In this document: one piece after another, positions 10,531 to 25,372 of the stretch
Numbering within the stretch: position 1 is the stretch's first letter
How the letters are laid out: every line of letters begins with the position of its first letter
Assembly: GCF_026571515.1 (NCBI RefSeq)
Contig: NW_026864600.1
Coordinates: 1-64,000, forward strand
From: Ruditapes philippinarum
Taxonomy: Eukaryota
Reading direction: 5' to 3'
Length of the DNA stretch: 64,000 nt
Notes under the pieces: generated by a model
The model's database searches: none
Told to the model about the DNA's origin: nothing
The model's input: only the letters and a program-made list of their open reading frames with translations
Position numbers and translations under genes: made by a program

Positions 10531-13500
10531 CTTAGTTCAAAGACCTGATATATTTATAGCAATAAGTTGTCTTTATCAAAATTTTGTATATGAACTTTTA
10601 AACAATTTTCCACAGATGTTTGCATTTGAGTTCGAGAACCGTTTTCGCTGAATTCCTAAAGCACTGTCACATTTGTTAAACAAAGACAATTATTGATTGA
10701 TTTTTCATTTTGTTGATTGCTTAATTGCCTTTTAAGTATCGCATTTTCCAAAATATAAATAATTGATATAATATTAAAACTGTTACACATTTTAAATGTC
10801 ATAATTTTAATTGGTGTTTTGATACTATATAAAAAACAAAATTAATATGAAAATTGATGGGAATCGTTAGAGTATTTATTATTCAAGTTTCTACATAAAA
10901 CAGCATGTCAATAGGCACGGGTAATGGATACAAACGTGTTGCTAATGCGTGTTTCTAATTGCTCATCAATGATAAATGATTTGTAAATGTTATTTACACC
11001 CTAAAATGGGATCACAAATTTATTTCCACTTTAACATTTTATTTTATATATATATTCACTCATTTTATGGCAAACATGACATAATGAGGCAAACATTAAT
11101 ACAAATACAAACAGAGGAATGAAAATAAATATAACAAATATACCATAATGTATAATGTATAACATTTTTGTATAGGATGGAAAAAACAAAAAAAAACAAC
11201 AAAAAACAATAATAAACAAATAGATTTCAGATTTTTAATTTTTAGTTTGTACAAAGTTATTTTAGTTCGAGTATATTGGAACCCATATGCTTATTGAAAC
11301 ACTCTCGAATCCGTTCCTGGAACCAACCGGTACTAAGCAATGAATGTAAAGGTTCTTGCTCAAGGAAACAACAGTTTGCCACTGACATGGTTTGAACCCA
11401 CGAGGTCAGCAATCCTTAAATTACCGATGCGTTAATCACTCGGTCGAGCCGCCATATTAACAATAATGCCAAATCAGATTTGAAATCTTGTATATCTCAG
11501 TGTTTATTTAGATGGGTAAAGTTTTACATCGAAGTATAGATTACAAAAGTTTACGTCTAAAAAACTAATAAATCATTTTTAGGCAAGGTTTAAAATTGAT
11601 ATTTGGACTATTGACTATATGTTCTCGACGATTCAATCGAACTGTTTATAGAAAAGAATGACTTTATTTTTAGTTTTTATAAATTTAAAGGGTACTTATG
11701 ACAGCGTTGAACGGAAGAGACTATGGACAAATCAGTTTTAAGCAATATAGGGGGAATTTTTAGATGTTATAAAAATCATTTACAATAAAACCAACTCTCA
11801 TATATTTTGTGAACGTGAATAAATCGTTCCCTATTTTCTTTCTTCATACTTAAATTATCTGCAAGATTTATGCTAGAAATTAATTTCTTGCACGTTGTTA
11901 GATGTGATAGATACACTTTAGATAACAATCTTTTAAGTGTTGTTTAATTGATTGTCTTATTACACAAATTAGGCAGAGAACGCAGTTATTCTATTTGAAT
12001 CAGATTTATAAGCAGCTTTAAATGACTTTGAGTATGAAACAATAGTCCATAGAAATATAGTGAGATCAAAACAGATTAATGAGACAAAGATGTATCATGC
12101 TTCTGTTTTCAAGAGTGGTTCTTAGAAACTTAATCTTACTATAACACCAAAAAGGGCACAGAAAAACAAGGAACTAGAGTAATTCATTATCTATACATGT
12201 TGTTATTATGGATGTAACAACACTAAAGTGAAATTTTATATATGTATATAGTCAGCTTGATAATCGAAATACAAAATTTAAAAAAAACGAATTTGATTCT
12301 GGAGTTTAATTTCGAGCCAGCTGGACGATCGAAATTCAAAATTGTCAAAAGCTGAATTTCGAGCTGGAACTGAAATTCGAGCCAGCTCAAGATCGAAATT
12401 CAGAATTTGAAAAATCCGAATATCTAGCTAGAGTTGAATTTCGAGCCAGCTCAAAATCGAAATTCAATTTAAAAAAAAAAACGAATTTCTACTTGGAGTA
12501 GAATTTCGAGCCAGCTCACGATCGAAATTCAATATTTTCAAAAAAAAAACGAATTTCTAGCTGGAAATGAATTTCGAGCCAGCTCCAAAATCAAAATTCA
12601 AACTTTTTGAAACCCAAATTTCGAGCTGCAAATGAATTTCGAGCCGTCTGGAAGGTCTCATTTCTTAGTATATGTACAGTGATGTAGTTCCACAAGAAAA
12701 ATAACCGTTTTGGGAGGAGTATACGTTTCTTAAATCCATCCCCCATGTCCAGTCCGGTAGCCCGGGAGAATATCATAAATTCAAATGTAGGCGTTTCTCA
12801 TTGGACGACAAATAAGGTCAATGACTGAATATTTATAGGCCTAGAATTTAACTTCTATTTATAGATCTTAAGTTTATAATGAAGTCGTGCTGAATAAGTA
12901 AGACAAAGACTGTATATTCACAAGTCTAGAATTTTACTATCTTGAAGTTTTGATAGTTGCATGTAAATCGAAACTAAAGATCGGTGAAATGAAGACCATA
13001 TGATTATAACAAATGGTCATTATTTTTGAAATAGTGTTGACTACCTGTTGATAATATTAAAAGTAAGATTCTAGTTGTGTATATCGTCATTACGCTCCGC
13101 TTCGCTGCACAAAATGGCCTTCGGTGGTTCTACTCAGGTGCCCGTTCGTGCCTGAAATAATGCACGGAAGGGCACCTGAGGTCTTCTTCCACCACTAAAG
13201 CTTGAAAGTCGCGATATGACCTATACTGTGTCGATGTGACGTAACACCCAAAAACAAACAAACAAACAAAATGGCCACAAGAGCAAAATATCCTGTAAAC
13301 AAAATACAGGCGGTGTTTCGACCAAAATTCACAGGAATGATCAGTGCTATACCTAGTTGTGGAAGACATATGTTTTTGTAACAAAAAATCCTTCTAGTTT
13401 AAATAAATAGTAATCGTATACATGTTCAAACTTATGTCTTAATTTAATGTACATTACAAAGGATTTACAATCTTTACAAGTATCACACTTGAATTTCTTT

Positions 13501-14627
13501 CACTCTTCGAGCTGGCTCAAAATTCAACTGCATGTCGAAATTCGTGTTTCAAAGATTTTGAATTTCGATCTTGGAGCTGGCTCGAACCTAACTTTAGCTC
13601 GAAATCCGGTTTATGAAAATTTTTAGTATCAATTTTCAGCTGGCTCGAAATTCAGGTTTTTCAAATTTTGAATTCCGATCTTAGAGCTAGCTCGAATTTC
13701 CTTTCCAGCTCGAAATTGGCGTTTGAAAATTATTATTCGAAATTCAGGTTCTTCTCGAAATTCTTTTATTAATTTTGTATTTGGATCTTCGAGCTGGTTA
13801 GAATGAAAATCAATTCCGGTTCAAAATTTGGGTTTTGAATATTTTGAATTTGAATTTTCGAGCTGGCTTTGGAAATCAAGTCCAGTTTGAAATTCTAGTT
13901 TGAATTTCTATCTCCAAACTGGCCCGAAATTTTACTCCAGTTCGAAAGCCGCGGTTAAAAATTTTGAATTTCGATCTTCCAGCTGGCTCAAAACTCAAAC
14001 TCAGCTCGAAATTAGACATTTTTAAATTTTGATTGACGATCTCCGTGCTGACCTAAATTCAAAACCAGTTCAAAATTCGGCTCTGGAAGCTCTGAATTTC
14101 GATCTTTGAGCTAGCTCTTAATTCAACTCAAGCTCGAAATTCGCGTTTTGAAAATTTGGTATTTTGATCCTCGAGCTGGCTTGAAATTCATCTCCATCTC
14201 AAAATTCATCTTTTATTTACTTTGAAATCCGATCTTCTATCTAGCTCTAAGTTCAAAGACCTGATATATTTATAGCAATAAGTTGTCTTTATTAAAATTT
14301 TGTATATGAACTTTTAAACAATTTTCCACAGATGATTTGCTTTTGAGTTCGAGAACCGTTTTCGCTGAATTCCTAAAGCACTGTCACATTTGTTAAACAA
14401 AGACAATTATTCATTGATTTTTCATTTTGTTGATTGCTTAATTGCCTTTTAAGTATCGCATTTTCCAAAATATAAATAATTGATATAATATTAAAACTGT
14501 TACACATTTTAAATGTCATAATTTTAATTGGTGTTTTGATACTATATAAAAAACAAAATTAATATGAAAATTGATGGGAATCGTTAGAGTATTTATTATT
14601 CAAGTTTCTACATAAAACAGCATGTCA

Positions 14628-14984
14628 TTTTTATGGTTTTATATCATAAATATGATGCTTTATATATGATGAAGATTTATCAATATTGTAAGTTCCAATA
14701 AGAATTACTTGTAAAGATATTACGAAAATTTCATTTCACATTTTACATTTAATAAAAGGTGGTCATTAAAATTTTATTTTCGATAAAATCGAAGCCATTT
14801 TTTTCAACAAGAAATAAATGCATACATTTTAACGATTGCTTGTAATGCGTATAAACATTTGCAGTATATGTTAAACATATATGTGAATGTTTAGAAATCG
14901 TTTAAGCAGAATAATTATATACATATAGATCTATAAAATGTCACTTAAGTGTTGTTACATTCTTAATTTCAACATACAGGATCT
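14628..14984 (+). mobile_element. 5'-truncated copy of the 365-bp TTAA MITE
   Basis: Internal similarity and the right end tacaggatct. The left TIR is lost at the end of the tandem duplication. Confidence 0.72.
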
Positions 14985-16088
14985 TAAAGTAGATAATACA
15001 TGACTCTAGTTGCTTGTATTTCGGTGGCTTTATTGGTGTTATAGAAAGTAGCAATGTTACTAAAGTTCAGATCTACTTATTTCTTCTATGCAACCTGATG
15101 ACGACCCTATATGTTTCGCCTTCTTTATAATCCGGATTTCCCGAGAAGGTTTATTTAACCATGCAATCAAACCGGTTTTTAAATAGGCATTAGAAGAAGT
15201 ATAAAAAACCGTTATACATGAAAGTTAAACAAATTGTTGATTTTGATTAGAAAATAAAACTGTTTAAAGTAATTTTTAACAAATTAACTTGAAATAATAA
15301 AATCACTTTTCAACAGGCAAAATTGTTTTGCCAGTTTACCTGTCGGCTATATGGACAACGCTATGTTTGTTCTTGAAATCGTTAAAATAACCTACTCAGT
15401 ATTTGTTTTTGACAGTATTTGTTTTTGATTAAAATTAGGACCCGCGACGCTTTCAAAATTATGAAAGTTCGTCGATGAATGGCTGTGTGAAAGGTCACCA
15501 GAACTGGCTTCGTATTTGGTCAGGGTCAGATCTAAAAGTGAAGCGTTATTGAGCAAAAATAATGTCGTTCTCTTCTATAAACAGTTCAATTAAAACGTCC
15601 AAAACAAGCATATAGTCAATAGTGCAAATATTCATTTTGAATCTCGCCTGAAACTGATTTATCAGCTCATTTTTAGACGTAAACTCTTGTAGTCTGTGCC
15701 TTAAAGCCACAATTGATTATTATAAGCTTTGATTCCTATCAAAAAATATTAGCAAGTCAAGCTTGTTGTCTAAAAGTTATGTTATGTTATTTTACACAGG
15801 ATGATTTTAATTTGAATATTTCTCATCTGGGACAGATAGAGAACATTCTATCAGTCAGGCGTTTCAAACAAATTAAAACCTAAGTAATGAATTAACAAAC
15901 ATTGAATTAACTTTAAATATATGATAAACTAAATGCAATTAAAAGGACATACAAAAAGTAAATTCTTGAATTATTGAAGCCTAAATTAACGATCATTGAC
16001 ATTCAAAGTTATCAGGCGCAGAAGAACAAACGTGTGAAAGAGCCGCAACAAATTGCCGAGTAAGAGATGAACCGTCGCAAACTGAGCC

Positions 16089-16100
16089 TGCGCATGCGCA
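16089..16100. promoter_or_regulatory. NRF-1-type palindrome TGCGCATGCGCA upstream of the 16179 ATG
   Basis: Same 12-mer at the equivalent position. Confidence 0.45.
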
Positions 16101-16178
16101 GGTACAATATGTTACGAAATGAAATACATTTTCTGATATAGTTAACGCGGGCTTCTATTCGTTTGTACATGTCCAATC

Positions 16179-16460
16179 ATGGGCAACAAGGTGTCAACTA
16201 ATATCCTTTTCGTATTTGCCCTGGGCATTTCGGTTTGCCTACTTTACTTTGTTGAATTCGTCAGTTTCAGGACGGCATTGGGTGGGTTAACATGCCCTGA
16301 GACCGACACTGTTTTCGGTGTACTAAGTGTTCTGTACAATATTCAATGCACACTGTTCGCGCTATGGCACATGCGCTGTTGTATTCTACAAACCGTCGGA
16401 AAAGAAATGTGTTGAATGTTTGACGTCATATGGTGACTGAAAATAAGTATATTGGTTATA
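16179..16460 (+). pseudogene. Frameshifted inverted paralogue of the 6560-6871 signal peptide/PAN exon
   Basis: MGNKVSTNILFVFALGISVCLLYFVEFVSFR..LGGLTC aligns with the 6871 ORF. The frame is lost after IQCT (deletion), and no donor is visible at the equivalent position. Confidence 0.8.
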
Positions 16461-19400
16461 TGTTTAATATCATTAGAATATCGACTACAGAAATACGCAT
16501 TTATTGGGTCCACCATTGCATTTTTGCAGTTTAAGCATTGTATCACGAGTCACACATATCAAAAACGACTTTGAAGGAAAAATGTATACACTTGTTTCTA
16601 ACACTTTTTTAAATGATTGAAAGCCAGATATATGCATTGAAACGCTCCACATCTTGTTGCTTCATTTGGTATATGTTGGTAGCAACTTGATGCAGGCCAG
16701 ACGTTTTATGAAATTTTGTAAATACGACGCAGTTCATTGTTTCTTTCTAATCAATAATTTTCCCGTTTGAGAGTTTATCATAAGCTTTAAAACATTATTT
16801 TGCAACATGTACTAAATCTCTTAAAATATATGTAGATGTTTATTAGTGAAGAAAATAATGATTTATATTAAATGATACGAAGCAGTTATGAAACGACGCA
16901 TTAATTTTTTTTTAAATCTTTTCAGTAGGGATCGTTTAGGCTATACATTGTGTATAAGTTTAATTTACCGATTTTAAGGAATGAGGACTGCGCTGAGCAA
17001 TCGCTGTTTATTTCAGTCTTCAGTTAGTTCAGAATAATCTGCATTTTGTCAGTTTTTGTATACATTGCTTGCAATGTATACAGAGTTATGACTGCATTTC
17101 CATATTTGATAGGGTAAAAGCCTTTGCTGAACACCATGCACTTCCGGATAAAACCTCGACAAAAAGTAGTTCCTCATTTTGTAGTATTATAACAACATTA
17201 AGAATAACTCATCATTAAAATACTGTTTGCATAGTTGACAAAGGTTTTGAAAGTTGGAACTATGAATTTTCAGTTTCAAAAATCCTAATATTAAAACAAA
17301 ACCTATTAAAATTAAAAAAATCATTGATTAAAGCACTGTGTTTACATACGCATCAAACTTCGTATCCACTCATGCGCATGCAAGAATGAATGAAATGCGA
17401 CTAGACATCGTAAATATAGAAAATTCGTCACACTCTGTACAAAAAATATGTGCAAACATCCAGAATAGATATTGAATCAAATAAGTTGACATTATTTATA
17501 CTTGCACATTTTTTTCTATTATCAAACTGTTGTTTTTTTTAAACGAGCTAGCATATATAACATATACAAGCTTTTTTTTAAAAATGGAGCTCAGTAACAG
17601 AAATAAAGTAAATAATACTAGATTGCATATATGCAGACCTTCACTTCCAATTTTATTCTTATTAACAGATTAATATTGAAATGTCTCAGCATGGAATGGA
17701 CTCGAACACCTAACTTACTCTCGGATAACCGTTCTTCCGAGTGAGTTCTCAGGTAGGTTACACATAATAATCATCCCTTTATAATGAACAGTTTTATTAA
17801 ATTGTAACATATACTTCTCTGCAAAATTAATATTTGTCCTCATGGTAACAGAGTAATGTGAATTAAACTCTCGGCTAATTGCAGTCACAGGATGAGAAAA
17901 ATGTGCAGTCTGACCATAACTTGAACCCATGATCATGGCCCTCAAAGAAAAACAATTAATAATATTTCATTATAATTATCACTAGTATTATACTTTAAAG
18001 GGCCACGGTATTAATTTCTAGTAGGTCATTTTAAAAGTGAATTCAAAAATGTATATCTTAGATCGGATAGTTAATATCATGGTAGCAGATTTGTTCCATA
18101 GCATTGCTTCGTTTCTCAAGGCAAAAACACACAGTCACATTAAATTAAACACTTTGTCTTACTTCCGTGTTATTGCCTGGCACCCAGCAAACATTTTAGT
18201 ATTTTCGCCTTGTTATGACAAAATATAGACACATATAAGAATTAATCAAAATATGAATTCAGCTAATAATGATATTTTTGAGACTTGATTTTTTGTTAAA
18301 CCTTCTCTTCTCTTAATTTAGGGACCATTAATGACATATATATGGAGTGTTGTACAAAGGTTAAGATTTCTGTTTTGCTGCCCAGTACAATTCCACAATT
18401 GACCCTGTCACAACTAGTAATACACACCAATTTAACCTCAGTTCCAGATAGGTCTGACCTGACATATCTCACAAGTTTAGAAATACAAATATGTTTTATA
18501 CAAAATTATACAATTTATTATCACATCACTCATTCAGGCTTAGCCACGCTTAACAATATTTCCTTAACTCTATAAATATGAATAAAATTATAAGTCTGCT
18601 GAGACATGGTATATGTTTATAATTGCAGTCATATTAAATCCATTAATATTAAAATGTTTGACCTAGGATAATTCCAGTGAAAAGTAAAATAGGACTCTCA
18701 TCGTCTACAGATACATTATATTTATTTTCAAATAAATATTAAGATTGGTGTTTAACATGATCAGTTTTCAAGCATCATGGCTTGGATTTAGCACAAATAG
18801 TATTTCAATCCCCCTTGAAACCATAAATATTAATTTATTTAGAGTCCTGAAGATCTGTTTGATGAAATTTTAACTGACAATCCAGGTTTAAATATATAAA
18901 TATAAAATTCCTAGCCGCAACAACTAGAAAAACCAAGTATATAAAGCCAGTCAAAAATAATATTTTCTATCCATATATGCATCATTCCTGGACCTCCATC
19001 TATTTGATGAAATTCTTCATCTGATCAATTTTTCATCTTATTTTATTCAATTTATTAATATTAAAGATGTAAGATTTACGTTTATTTATTTGCAGCTAGA
19101 ATAGACTGTAGTGACTAGGAAAGACAGAGAAGAACAAGCAATTTATTACATGAAATGGAAACTGAAGCAGTAACACTGTATATAAACAAGCCTACTTCCT
19201 GTTATGGCAAGTAAGGTACAAGTTAAAATTTATAGGCATCCAAGTACAGTACAGTTATCGGAAGTAGCCTTTTTAATTAATCAAATGAAAATAGTAAAAA
19301 TTTCAATATATCGGTGGTGATGTCAATGCTTAGATGAGAGAAAATGTTAAAGTTGTAGATCTGCGGCATGGTTTTCCAAGGTTTCTGAGTTTTTTGTTAG

Positions 19401-21864
19401 TGCTAACGAATGGTAGATGTATTCTGAGGGTCTTTAGTTTGAGTCAGGCTTCATTTTTTTCTCATCTTAGTTGTGATATTTATAATTATTTTCATTATTT
19501 AATGATTTATAATGTTTTAATTAAATATTGTTAAATATTAAATTAGTATCTATATATGTGACCTTTTTTGAAACGACATTGTAAAAGTACAACTTCTTAG
19601 TTTAACCTTTTTTGTATGTCGGGGAGAAGCCCTTAAAAAACCCCTCACCAGTGACTTTAATTTTGCATGATGATGATAGCTTGAAAAATTTAAGATGATT
19701 AAAATGCCACATGGATTATAAGACATACATTTCCCCTAATGAATTTTTAAAAATATTTATTGACTGTCAAGACACTATATGGAGACCTCCTCGGTGACAT
19801 TAAACAGTCCCAACTGGCCATACATGTAGGAACTTGCAGACCATGAGACAGGGTGGTGTGTACCAAGACAGAGGGGGGCCGGAGATCGAGACAGTGTAAA
19901 ACGGGCGGGCAGTGATCCCCCACTCATTAAGGATATACACTCAAGGTCCTGGTCTTCAATTACATCATTTGATTATTTGGAGTAGAGGTGCCGGAAACAT
20001 TACTTATGCAGTGTATAGTATCACGAAAAGCACACTCTGTAATAAAAGTCCATGCAAAAAGATATTATAAACTAAATTAATGCATTATATAAAAGAAATT
20101 TATTAATTTCTTTATAGTAAAAATAAAAATGAAGAAATTGGGCATTTTATTTTGATATATAGCATATTATGTGCTTAATATTTTCGGTAAACCCACATGC
20201 TATAAACATGATTCACTAATCTTTGGATTTCCACATTCCTCCCCACCTAGATTCAACGAGGTCCATGATGTGGACCATACCATTGTTTCTTACCTCATGT
20301 TTGATTACAGCTTGGAATAAAAAATAAAAGTTTATGTTATATATTAAAAAGCTTTTATTAAATAACATTAAGGCTTTAGTGGGCACATCAATGTAATTAT
20401 CATCATATTGTGTTAAAAATGTGTTGGACTGCCGGTCTGATGCATGTAGATGCCCCGATGGCATGTAGCAATTCATCTGTGTTTGGTTGTGTTTGTTCGC
20501 GTGCGTGTGTGTGTTATATAGATTATATAATAGTGAACTAAAAACATCTGCTTGTAAAAAACGTCTTGTCCAATATCAACCATCTTGTTAGGATTATCCA
20601 ATAGGTGAATGGCTTCCAAATTGTTCAAATAATTCAATAAGGCTTAGAGCATTGCTATTTTGAATAAGGCATTATCTGGTAAACCTTCACCAAAAGTGTT
20701 CATATGTAATGGTCAAAATTGGTCCCGCATAGTTTTTTCTTAAATGTATATAGTAGAAACTAAGGCGTGCATTTTTTTCCAGTGTGTTTGTTTGACATGT
20801 AAACCGAAATTTTCACGTAACGTTTAGTCTTGCTGGATGATCCATTTCAATTGTTTTACAAGCCTGCATGTTGGTTATGTTTTTATAGAAATAGAAAATA
20901 ACACTGAATTCTCAATTTTACTATTTCAATATTGTGTACTGTACATAATGTACATGTGTTTCGCAAACTGATTTCTGTATTGCTCTTCAGTTTCTGCAAA
21001 CCGTATAGTCTATTCTATTCGTTTCTATTATTCTGTATGTCCAAAGAACATTAAATGACTTTGCGAAACGCATACCTACTTTGCAAAAGATATTGTAGCA
21101 TAACCATTTATAATATAATTCTTAAAATTGAAAATTAATTTTTAGAGAGAAATAATATTTCATTTAAAATACCGAATTATTTAGTTTCAAATAATAACGC
21201 TAGTCTGTTTTCACCGATTATTAAGAAAATGAATATACTAAAATCAGTGCAGTTACAGACATGAGTACATGTCTTTTTATTGACTGATTGAAACCGCAAT
21301 TTTATCCACACAAAAAAGCATCAAAGTAATTTCCAAATCATTTTTCGTCCGTCTGTTATCAGTTTGACTTACTGTAAAATCGAAAGGGAATGACTGAATA
21401 TTAAAATATTTTTCATTGATCAATTTAGAATTACAAACTGACATCGATGAATCTCATTGGTCATTTTTAAATAAAATGTAAAGGAAATGTCTTACCATTC
21501 TAAGATACTATTTTAAGGATAACTCTAAAATAAAATATAAGGCATAGTTTTTGCCACTATAAAATAAAATGTAAAGGATAGATCAAAAATAATTTGCACA
21601 GGAATGAGGATGGTTCCTAACGTTTTGGTTGATTTATTTGTAAATTATTAAAAAATTTGAAAAGTCAAACCTAAAATTAGTTTAAGGAAAGAAAAACTAC
21701 AAGTTGTCCTACTTTGAAATATCATCACAATCAATATGCTATAATTTTATTTCAATATTTACAAAATGGGTATTTTCTTAGCTACAAGAATAATAACTTT
21801 GTAATTGCTATGCCGGCATTGGCTCTTTATATTGAAACTTAGAAATAACATAATTTTGCATAAT

Positions 21865-21989
21865 TCCGTCCGCTAGCTGGATAGCATTCTCACATGGAAA
21901 AATCAAAAGTACCTGTCGGGATGCGAACCCACAGCAGTGAGGGCGGTGGTTTAAAATCAACGACCGTAATCACTCGGTCACGAACGCCC
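21865..21989 (-). mobile_element. 5' tRNA-like head of a SINE
   Basis: Minus strand: tgaccgagtgatta (A box), gggttcgcatccc (B box), then gctatccagctagc. Confidence 0.65.
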
Positions 21990-23494
21990 GATAGAAAAAA
22001 AAAACCAGCGCAACGTACCATAAATATTGACTCCGGTAAAATCGTACAATGTCAATGATATTCTACGCAAACTAAAGATTTTGTCCAACAACATTGACCT
22101 GACAGGCTTGCATTTGACGCTGTGGTTTGATAATTCCGTAAGTGTTAGGATGTACTTGTAAATCGATATGAAATATTGATATTAATATCCAATTGTTAAT
22201 TTGTCGCAATTAAAAATCCTTCTTACCACATTCGGTAAAGGGGAGTTCACTTAAAGAACGTAGACATAAACTGGTAGGTTCGAATCCTTGTTCAGCGATT
22301 TATTTTTTTCTTTTTTCAATAAACCTTTTTGTTGTGTGCACTATCTGTGTAGTATTATTAATTACGGCCATTATAGCGTATATGCGCGAAAGTATCTACG
22401 ATTGCATAAGGTCACAAAGAGAACCGTTGAAAGATACTGTAATTGAATAAAACTATATTTGTATTTAGAAAACCCCTATAATTACTTAATAGATATCCTA
22501 AAACAAGGCGTAGTTTAACGATTTCAAATTTATACTTACAAGTAAACAATTTAAAATTGAATTTATAACGTGATGTTGGTAAGGAATCGAACCAGAGACC
22601 TTCAGATCGGTAGTCCGACATCTATAACAATATACCACACCTCACTGACGAATGAAATTAGTAAATATATAGATATATTCGATAGATACTGGTCAGCCTT
22701 TATCAAATGACCTTAAATAAAAGTCAGTTCAATGTTGTTGGACAATTATTCAAATGATATGCATTGTCCTTTGTTTTGTTTCTTTTTTATTTTACTTCTG
22801 ACCGAAGCAGTGTTTGTCTTCACTGTCAAATTTAATGTGGCAAATAAAAGCCGCTGAATTCCAATACCGATCGAATGACGGAAATAAGTCATCGTGTTCT
22901 TGGACTGTTTCTGACCTGATAAAATGTTCAAGACTGTGTTCACAAAATATTATACAATTGCGTCAAAAAAAGTTATATATCATAGATCCTATACTTCATT
23001 TGTGCAATAAGTGTTAAGTAATTTCATAATATTTATAATTGATAAGCTTTAATGTAACCTTTCAGTCATCACGCCATTTTGAAACTCATATACTTGTGAT
23101 TTACCTGTGTTTAGAATGGCGTAGAGTGATTTGTAATAAAAGATCTCTTTGAAATATGCATCTGTTTTATAATTGCATTTATTAAAATCAACCTTGCTCG
23201 GGTTGTATTTAAATTTACAAGCGTTAATCTATAAATCACTCATATAAGGTATTGGAATCAAAATGTTTTTATTTATATCTCTTGGTGTGGGCTTAATTTA
23301 TTTATTTAATATTTATATTCATTTTAGATCTATATGTTTGAGCAAAACCATCAATGCTACAACAAAAAGTCATTACTTTTGATTTAATCGATTTTGATTA
23401 CGCAACGGATTCCTGTATACAGCTAGACCTGTGCAAAGCAAACACCCTTTTAGAAGGAAAACATGTTGAACGTTTCTGAGAAATGTTGCTCTAC

Positions 23495-24050
23495 TGAGGT
23501 TACATTAAGCATTGAATCTTAGTTTGGGAAGATTGTAAAGATTAAATTGTCGGCTATACAAAAGGCCGTCGTGAAGAGGTTACATGTATCGTTGAATCTT
23601 AGTTTGGGGAGATTTATTATATTATTATAAAAACGTCCTGGCCGGTCTATAGAAGGCCGCCATGAAGAGGTTGCATTTACCATTGAATCTTAGTTTGGGA
23701 AGATTGAATTCTATTATTATAAAGAGGTCATTGTCGGCTTTACAGAAGGCCGCCATGAAGAGGTCACATATATCATTGAATCTTAGTTTGGGAAGATTGT
23801 ATTCTATTATTATAAAGAGGTCATTGTCGGCTTTACAGAAGGTAACCGTGAAGATGTAACGTTTATCATTGAATCTTAGTTTAAAGATATTGTATTCTAT
23901 TATTATAAAGACGTCATTGCCGTTCCTACAGAATGCCGCCAAGAAAAGATTACATTGACAATTGAATCTTAGTGTTAGAAGATTGTATTATATCATTATA
24001 AAGAATTCGTTGTCGGCTCTACAGAAATTCGCAGTGAAGAGGTTACATTG
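23495..24050 (+). repeat. Tandem repeat, about 93-bp unit, about 6 copies
   Basis: cattgaatcttagt recurs at 23681, 23774, 23867 and about 23960. Confidence 0.9.
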
Positions 24051-24689
24051 TTTATGTAAAATATACAGTACAGACTAGATGCCCAATTTTCTAAATATGC
24101 TTTTTTAAACCAAGGTTTGTTTAATTTAAACCATGTTTCGGAAAGAGGGAGATAAATACATCTATTTAAAGATGGATATATTTTATACTACAATATATCG
24201 AGTCTGTTTTAAGCGTCATTTACACTCAATAGAACCTTTGTAAGCATTATTAAATACCCAATTGCCACAATATTGGAATCAATGACTCGGAAATGTATTA
24301 ATTAAAATAATGTTTTTCCATTTAATATTTATAAGCACACTTCCGCTTTATTAAAACACATTTTAAATTGCTGCCATTGAAATAATTGTTGTACAGAAAT
24401 TATTGATTACTATTTATTTGTACGTCAAACATGGCATTTTGTTAGAAAAGTATAGCCGGTGATATTTAAGTTTTCGGCTGTAACAAAGTAAGGACTTTGA
24501 ATAAACAAATCATATACGAAACAATTATCAGTTTGATAAAAAATTCATGACTAATTTCCTAATAAGATTAAAACTTTGAATTGGTTTCAGCATTCATATA
24601 GATGAAACCCCATTTAATGAATCGATTGTAGTTTTCTTTAAATAGTTTTATTGTCATACCCGTGGTAGATACATTTACACATTTAGTTA

Positions 24690-25372
24690 AATACAAGCTG
24701 CTTTTGTTACATGTGTGCCGTTTTAATTACATAAATACGGTTAAAATTACTTATGTACCGTTTATGTTACATTTTGTACATTTTAATTGCATATGTACAT
24801 TTGTACCTTTTTACTTCATATGCAGCATCATTTTAGTTGCCTTTGTGTCGTTTTAGCTACATATGTACCATTTAAGTTGTATAAAGACCGTTTTAGTTAC
24901 AAATGTACTATTTCAGTTACATATGTACCGTTTTAGATACAAATGTATCGTTTTAGATAAAATGTGCCGATTATATTACATTAGTATCATTTTAGCTACA
25001 TATTTGCCGTTTATATTACATAAGTGTCGTTTTAGATACATATCTACCGTTTTAGTTACATATGTGCCGTTTAGGTAAATTTTAGTTTATATGTACATTC
25101 TTAATTGTATATGTACATTTTAGTTACTAATTTACCGTTTTAGTAAAAAAAATGTACCGTTTTTGATACATAAGTGTTGTTTTAGTTTCAGATGTGCTGT
25201 TTATATTAGATAAGCGTCGTTTAAGTTACATGTATACCGTTTTATCTACATATCTACCGTATAAGTCACACATATTTACCTTTTTTTCTTTTTACATATG
25301 AACATATGAACTGATTTAGCTACATTTGTACCGGTTTTAATACATATTTACCGTTTCAGATTACGAGTTACA
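24690..25372 (+). repeat. Degenerate 21-bp minisatellite (acatatgtaccgttttagtt)
   Basis: Direct reading. Confidence 0.85.

Larger units (their letters stand above)
7442..14627 (+). repeat. Near-identical tandem segmental duplication: 7442-10910 and 11155-14627, separated by about 245 bp
   Basis: Base-by-base match with only scattered substitutions and homopolymer differences. Confidence 0.95.

Noticed and set aside
17669-19210. AG/GT-bounded exon-like segments on + (17669-17752, 19096-19209) as downstream exons of the 16179 pseudogene
   Set aside because: No recognisable protein similarity, and the first segment has stops in all three frames. Splice-like signals alone are not enough.
22570-22645. 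tRNA gene on the minus strand (and a ggttcgaatcc at about 22277)
   Set aside because: A T-loop/B-box and an anticodon-like stem are present, but there is no proper acceptor stem or D-arm. This is a tRNA-derived repeat relic.
23625-23942. Repetitive 105-aa ORF and the overlapping + strand ORF
   Set aside because: Product of a 93-bp (multiple of 3) tandem repeat; no splice or homology support.
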